26,065 nt of DNA from NCBI GenBank assembly GCA_964035545.1, contig CAXIUT010000174.1, forward strand, positions 1 to 26,065, given 5' to 3'. This DNA comes from Bugula neritina (Eukaryota > Animalia > Bryozoa). Of the stretch, positions 24,212 to 26,065 are shown piece after piece. The notes under the pieces are model-generated. The model ran no database searches, was not told the origin of the DNA, and saw only the letters and a program-made list of their open reading frames with translations. Position 1 is the first letter of the stretch. Every line of letters starts with the position of its first letter. A program made the position numbers and the translations under genes.

Positions 24212-24908
24212 ATGCAAGGTTTAAAGGAAGATCATGTTTATAAGTTGAAAATTCTTATTTTTGGAGGAAAAAGTACTCTTTTTATTTTTCAGATTCAGGA
24301 AAAACTTCTCTTGTCTATACATACATCAATAACAAACCACCTGTATCTCAACTGGTCAATGAAGATCTCAATTTTACTAGAAAAAAATAATAATTCTTAA
24401 ATGGGAACTCATCTATTGAATGCCGTTTCCATCTTTGGTAAGTCGCAACTAAAGTGATAACAAACAGAGCTGTCCAGACATAGTTACTTAAGCAGGTGGG
24501 AGCCTATATATTTATTTACCGGGATGAAGTAGTTAATATTAGATTCAGAAGACGTTGAAGGAGTTGAAGAGTCAGATTTGGCCTCATTTGGATTTCAAAA
24601 AGATAGCTCTTCAGCCAATTTATTTGATATTGAATGATACTGGAGTAGGTCAACAAAGAAAAATTCTTTAAGATTTTACAGATCTGATACCAAACAGGAA
24701 ATAGAATATTTACTTGAACCAATTTAGTTTACATGATCCTAAAGCAGTGAATGAGTTTTTCAAGCAGGTGCTATCTCGGATGATGGATTTGGCATCAAGC
24801 CAATCTATTGAGAATTGGGCTTTGAGAGATAGAAAAAATATGATAGTTTTAAAAGATCAAAGTAGAAATGATAAACAATTCGATAAGAGGTATAATATAT
24901 GTTGTTGA
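24212..24908 (+). CDS. Highly divergent Rab-like small GTPase, 218 aa, C-terminal CC prenylation motif
   Basis: KLKILIFGGKNSGKTSLV (P-loop, assembled across intron 24273-24292), FHLWEVAT, AYIFIY, PIYLILND, VNEFFKQV, ending YNICC*. The frame is consistent after removal of two 20-nt introns. Confidence 0.85.
24273..24292 (+). other. 20-nt spliceosomal intron
   Basis: GTACTCTTTTTATTTTTCAG. Removal creates the GxxxxGKT P-loop. Confidence 0.9.
24529..24548 (+). other. 20-nt spliceosomal intron
   Basis: GTAGTTAATATTAGATTCAG. Removal restores the frame (IYRDE-KTLKELK) through to the CC terminus. An in-frame alternative AG 6 nt earlier would give a 14-nt intron. Confidence 0.8.
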
Positions 24909-25104
24909 ATGATAGTCAAAATACTCGTAAAGTGTTTTATGTTCTCATATGATTAGTATTTTAGTTGATTTGTATTTAAGAAAGAATTAGTGGTTGTTTA
25001 GGATTGTTTTGATGGCTAGAGATAGATTCAGTAATAAGAACGGTATTATTTCTATGAAGAGTAGTAATATAATTTTATCCTATACATGTTAACTCGATAA
25101 AACA

Positions 25105-26065
25105 ATGAACCAAAGCAACCTTTATCCACCCTTAATTCAGATCGCAGACCGAAATCAACTCTATCTGAAAGCTCATCTCTGTCTGGCCTTTCTCAAAAGT
25201 TCTAGAGAAGACCCCATGAACGTTCTAATTCCAAACGTTCGAAAAAATCATATGAAAGTCATGAATAAAACTAAACACTCAATTCTTTTTATAGCAAAAT
25301 GTATCAATCAACCCAACAAGGCTCTCTACAGAGAAATAACAAAATGATTGAACCAGTTATGCACAAACAAATCAAGAAACGATCACCTACTCCTGTCTGT
25401 GGAAAAAGAAACTTAGTTCCTTCTCCTGTAAATGGTGGAAAAAATGAAGGAAGAGACATCTAGACTGAGTTACTGATTGGATAGCTAGAAAAGAGAGTAG
25501 AAGATTAAAGAATTAGAAAGGTTGCTGCTGAACATCGATCTGGTGTTTTTGAGAAATAATTGAAGAATAAGATAAAGAGGATTGCAGTGTTAGAGGAGGA
25601 GTGTGGGAAAGGGAAGTACTAAGAGGTCAATCGAAGGTTTACTTAGATGGTTGGATAGAGTGGTAGCACTTTGCAAAAGATGAGGAAGTCAATGGTGCAG
25701 ATCAGATTACAATAAGTCATGGATTAAAACAACAATCTTATAAATGAGAACAAGTAGCTAAGACTTGATGTATAAAGATTGACAATAGAGAACCAAGCAT
25801 TCAAGTAGTAGATATAAGTTTTAAAGAATGAGATATTTAATTTGAGTGTTCGTACTAATGAGAGTTTGATGAGTTCTCAGCAATAGCAAATAAACTAATT
25901 GAAAAATTTGGTGACGAAATCATACACTTCAAGAGAAAAATAGCTGGAGGAGATGTTAGCTGCAAGCGAATAAAGCCATAAAAATATGAAGAGTAGAATC
26001 AATGACTTATAACTCAAAATAACTTTTGTTCATAGAAAGAAAAATTAATAGATACAACTACTAAC
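25105..26065 (+). CDS. Coiled-coil protein, 3' end beyond the window
   Basis: ATG 25105; after probable indel(s), a long TGA-free heptad-rich frame (ELLIGELEKRVEDERIRKVAAEHRSGVFEKELKNKIKRIAVLEEE...) continues to the end of the window. Confidence 0.65.

Overview
AT-rich eukaryotic DNA from a ciliate macronucleus. It starts with (CCCCAA)n telomeric repeats (1-105) and has an oppositely oriented (GGGGTT)n tract at 22532-22606. Bases 1-22606 therefore look like a complete ~22.6-kb telomere-to-telomere minichromosome carrying ~13 tightly packed genes, followed by ~3.5 kb of apparently unrelated gene-dense DNA that begins mid-gene (probably a read/assembly chimera). The supplied standard-code ORF track is misleading. 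TAA and TAG are sense codons for glutamate (peritrich nuclear code, NCBI table 30) and TGA is the only stop, as shown by invariant Glu positions in the kinase, Myb, MORN and EF-hand domains. Introns are 20-21 nt GT..AG. Genes read by hand: R2R3 Myb, MORN-repeat protein, chromate (CHR) transporter, GMAP-210/Rud3-like golgin with a 63/64-aa higher-order tandem repeat, four hypothetical proteins, SNF1/AMPK-related kinase, NT-C2 coiled-coil protein, diacylglycerol kinase, TLDc protein, an HYDWW-motif protein, a DnaJ-type Zn-finger fragment, an EF-hand protein, a degenerate Rab and a partial coiled-coil protein. Several CDSs have single-base indels in homopolymers, consistent with an unpolished long read, so some boundaries are approximate. 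All translations and family calls were made by eye without database searches.
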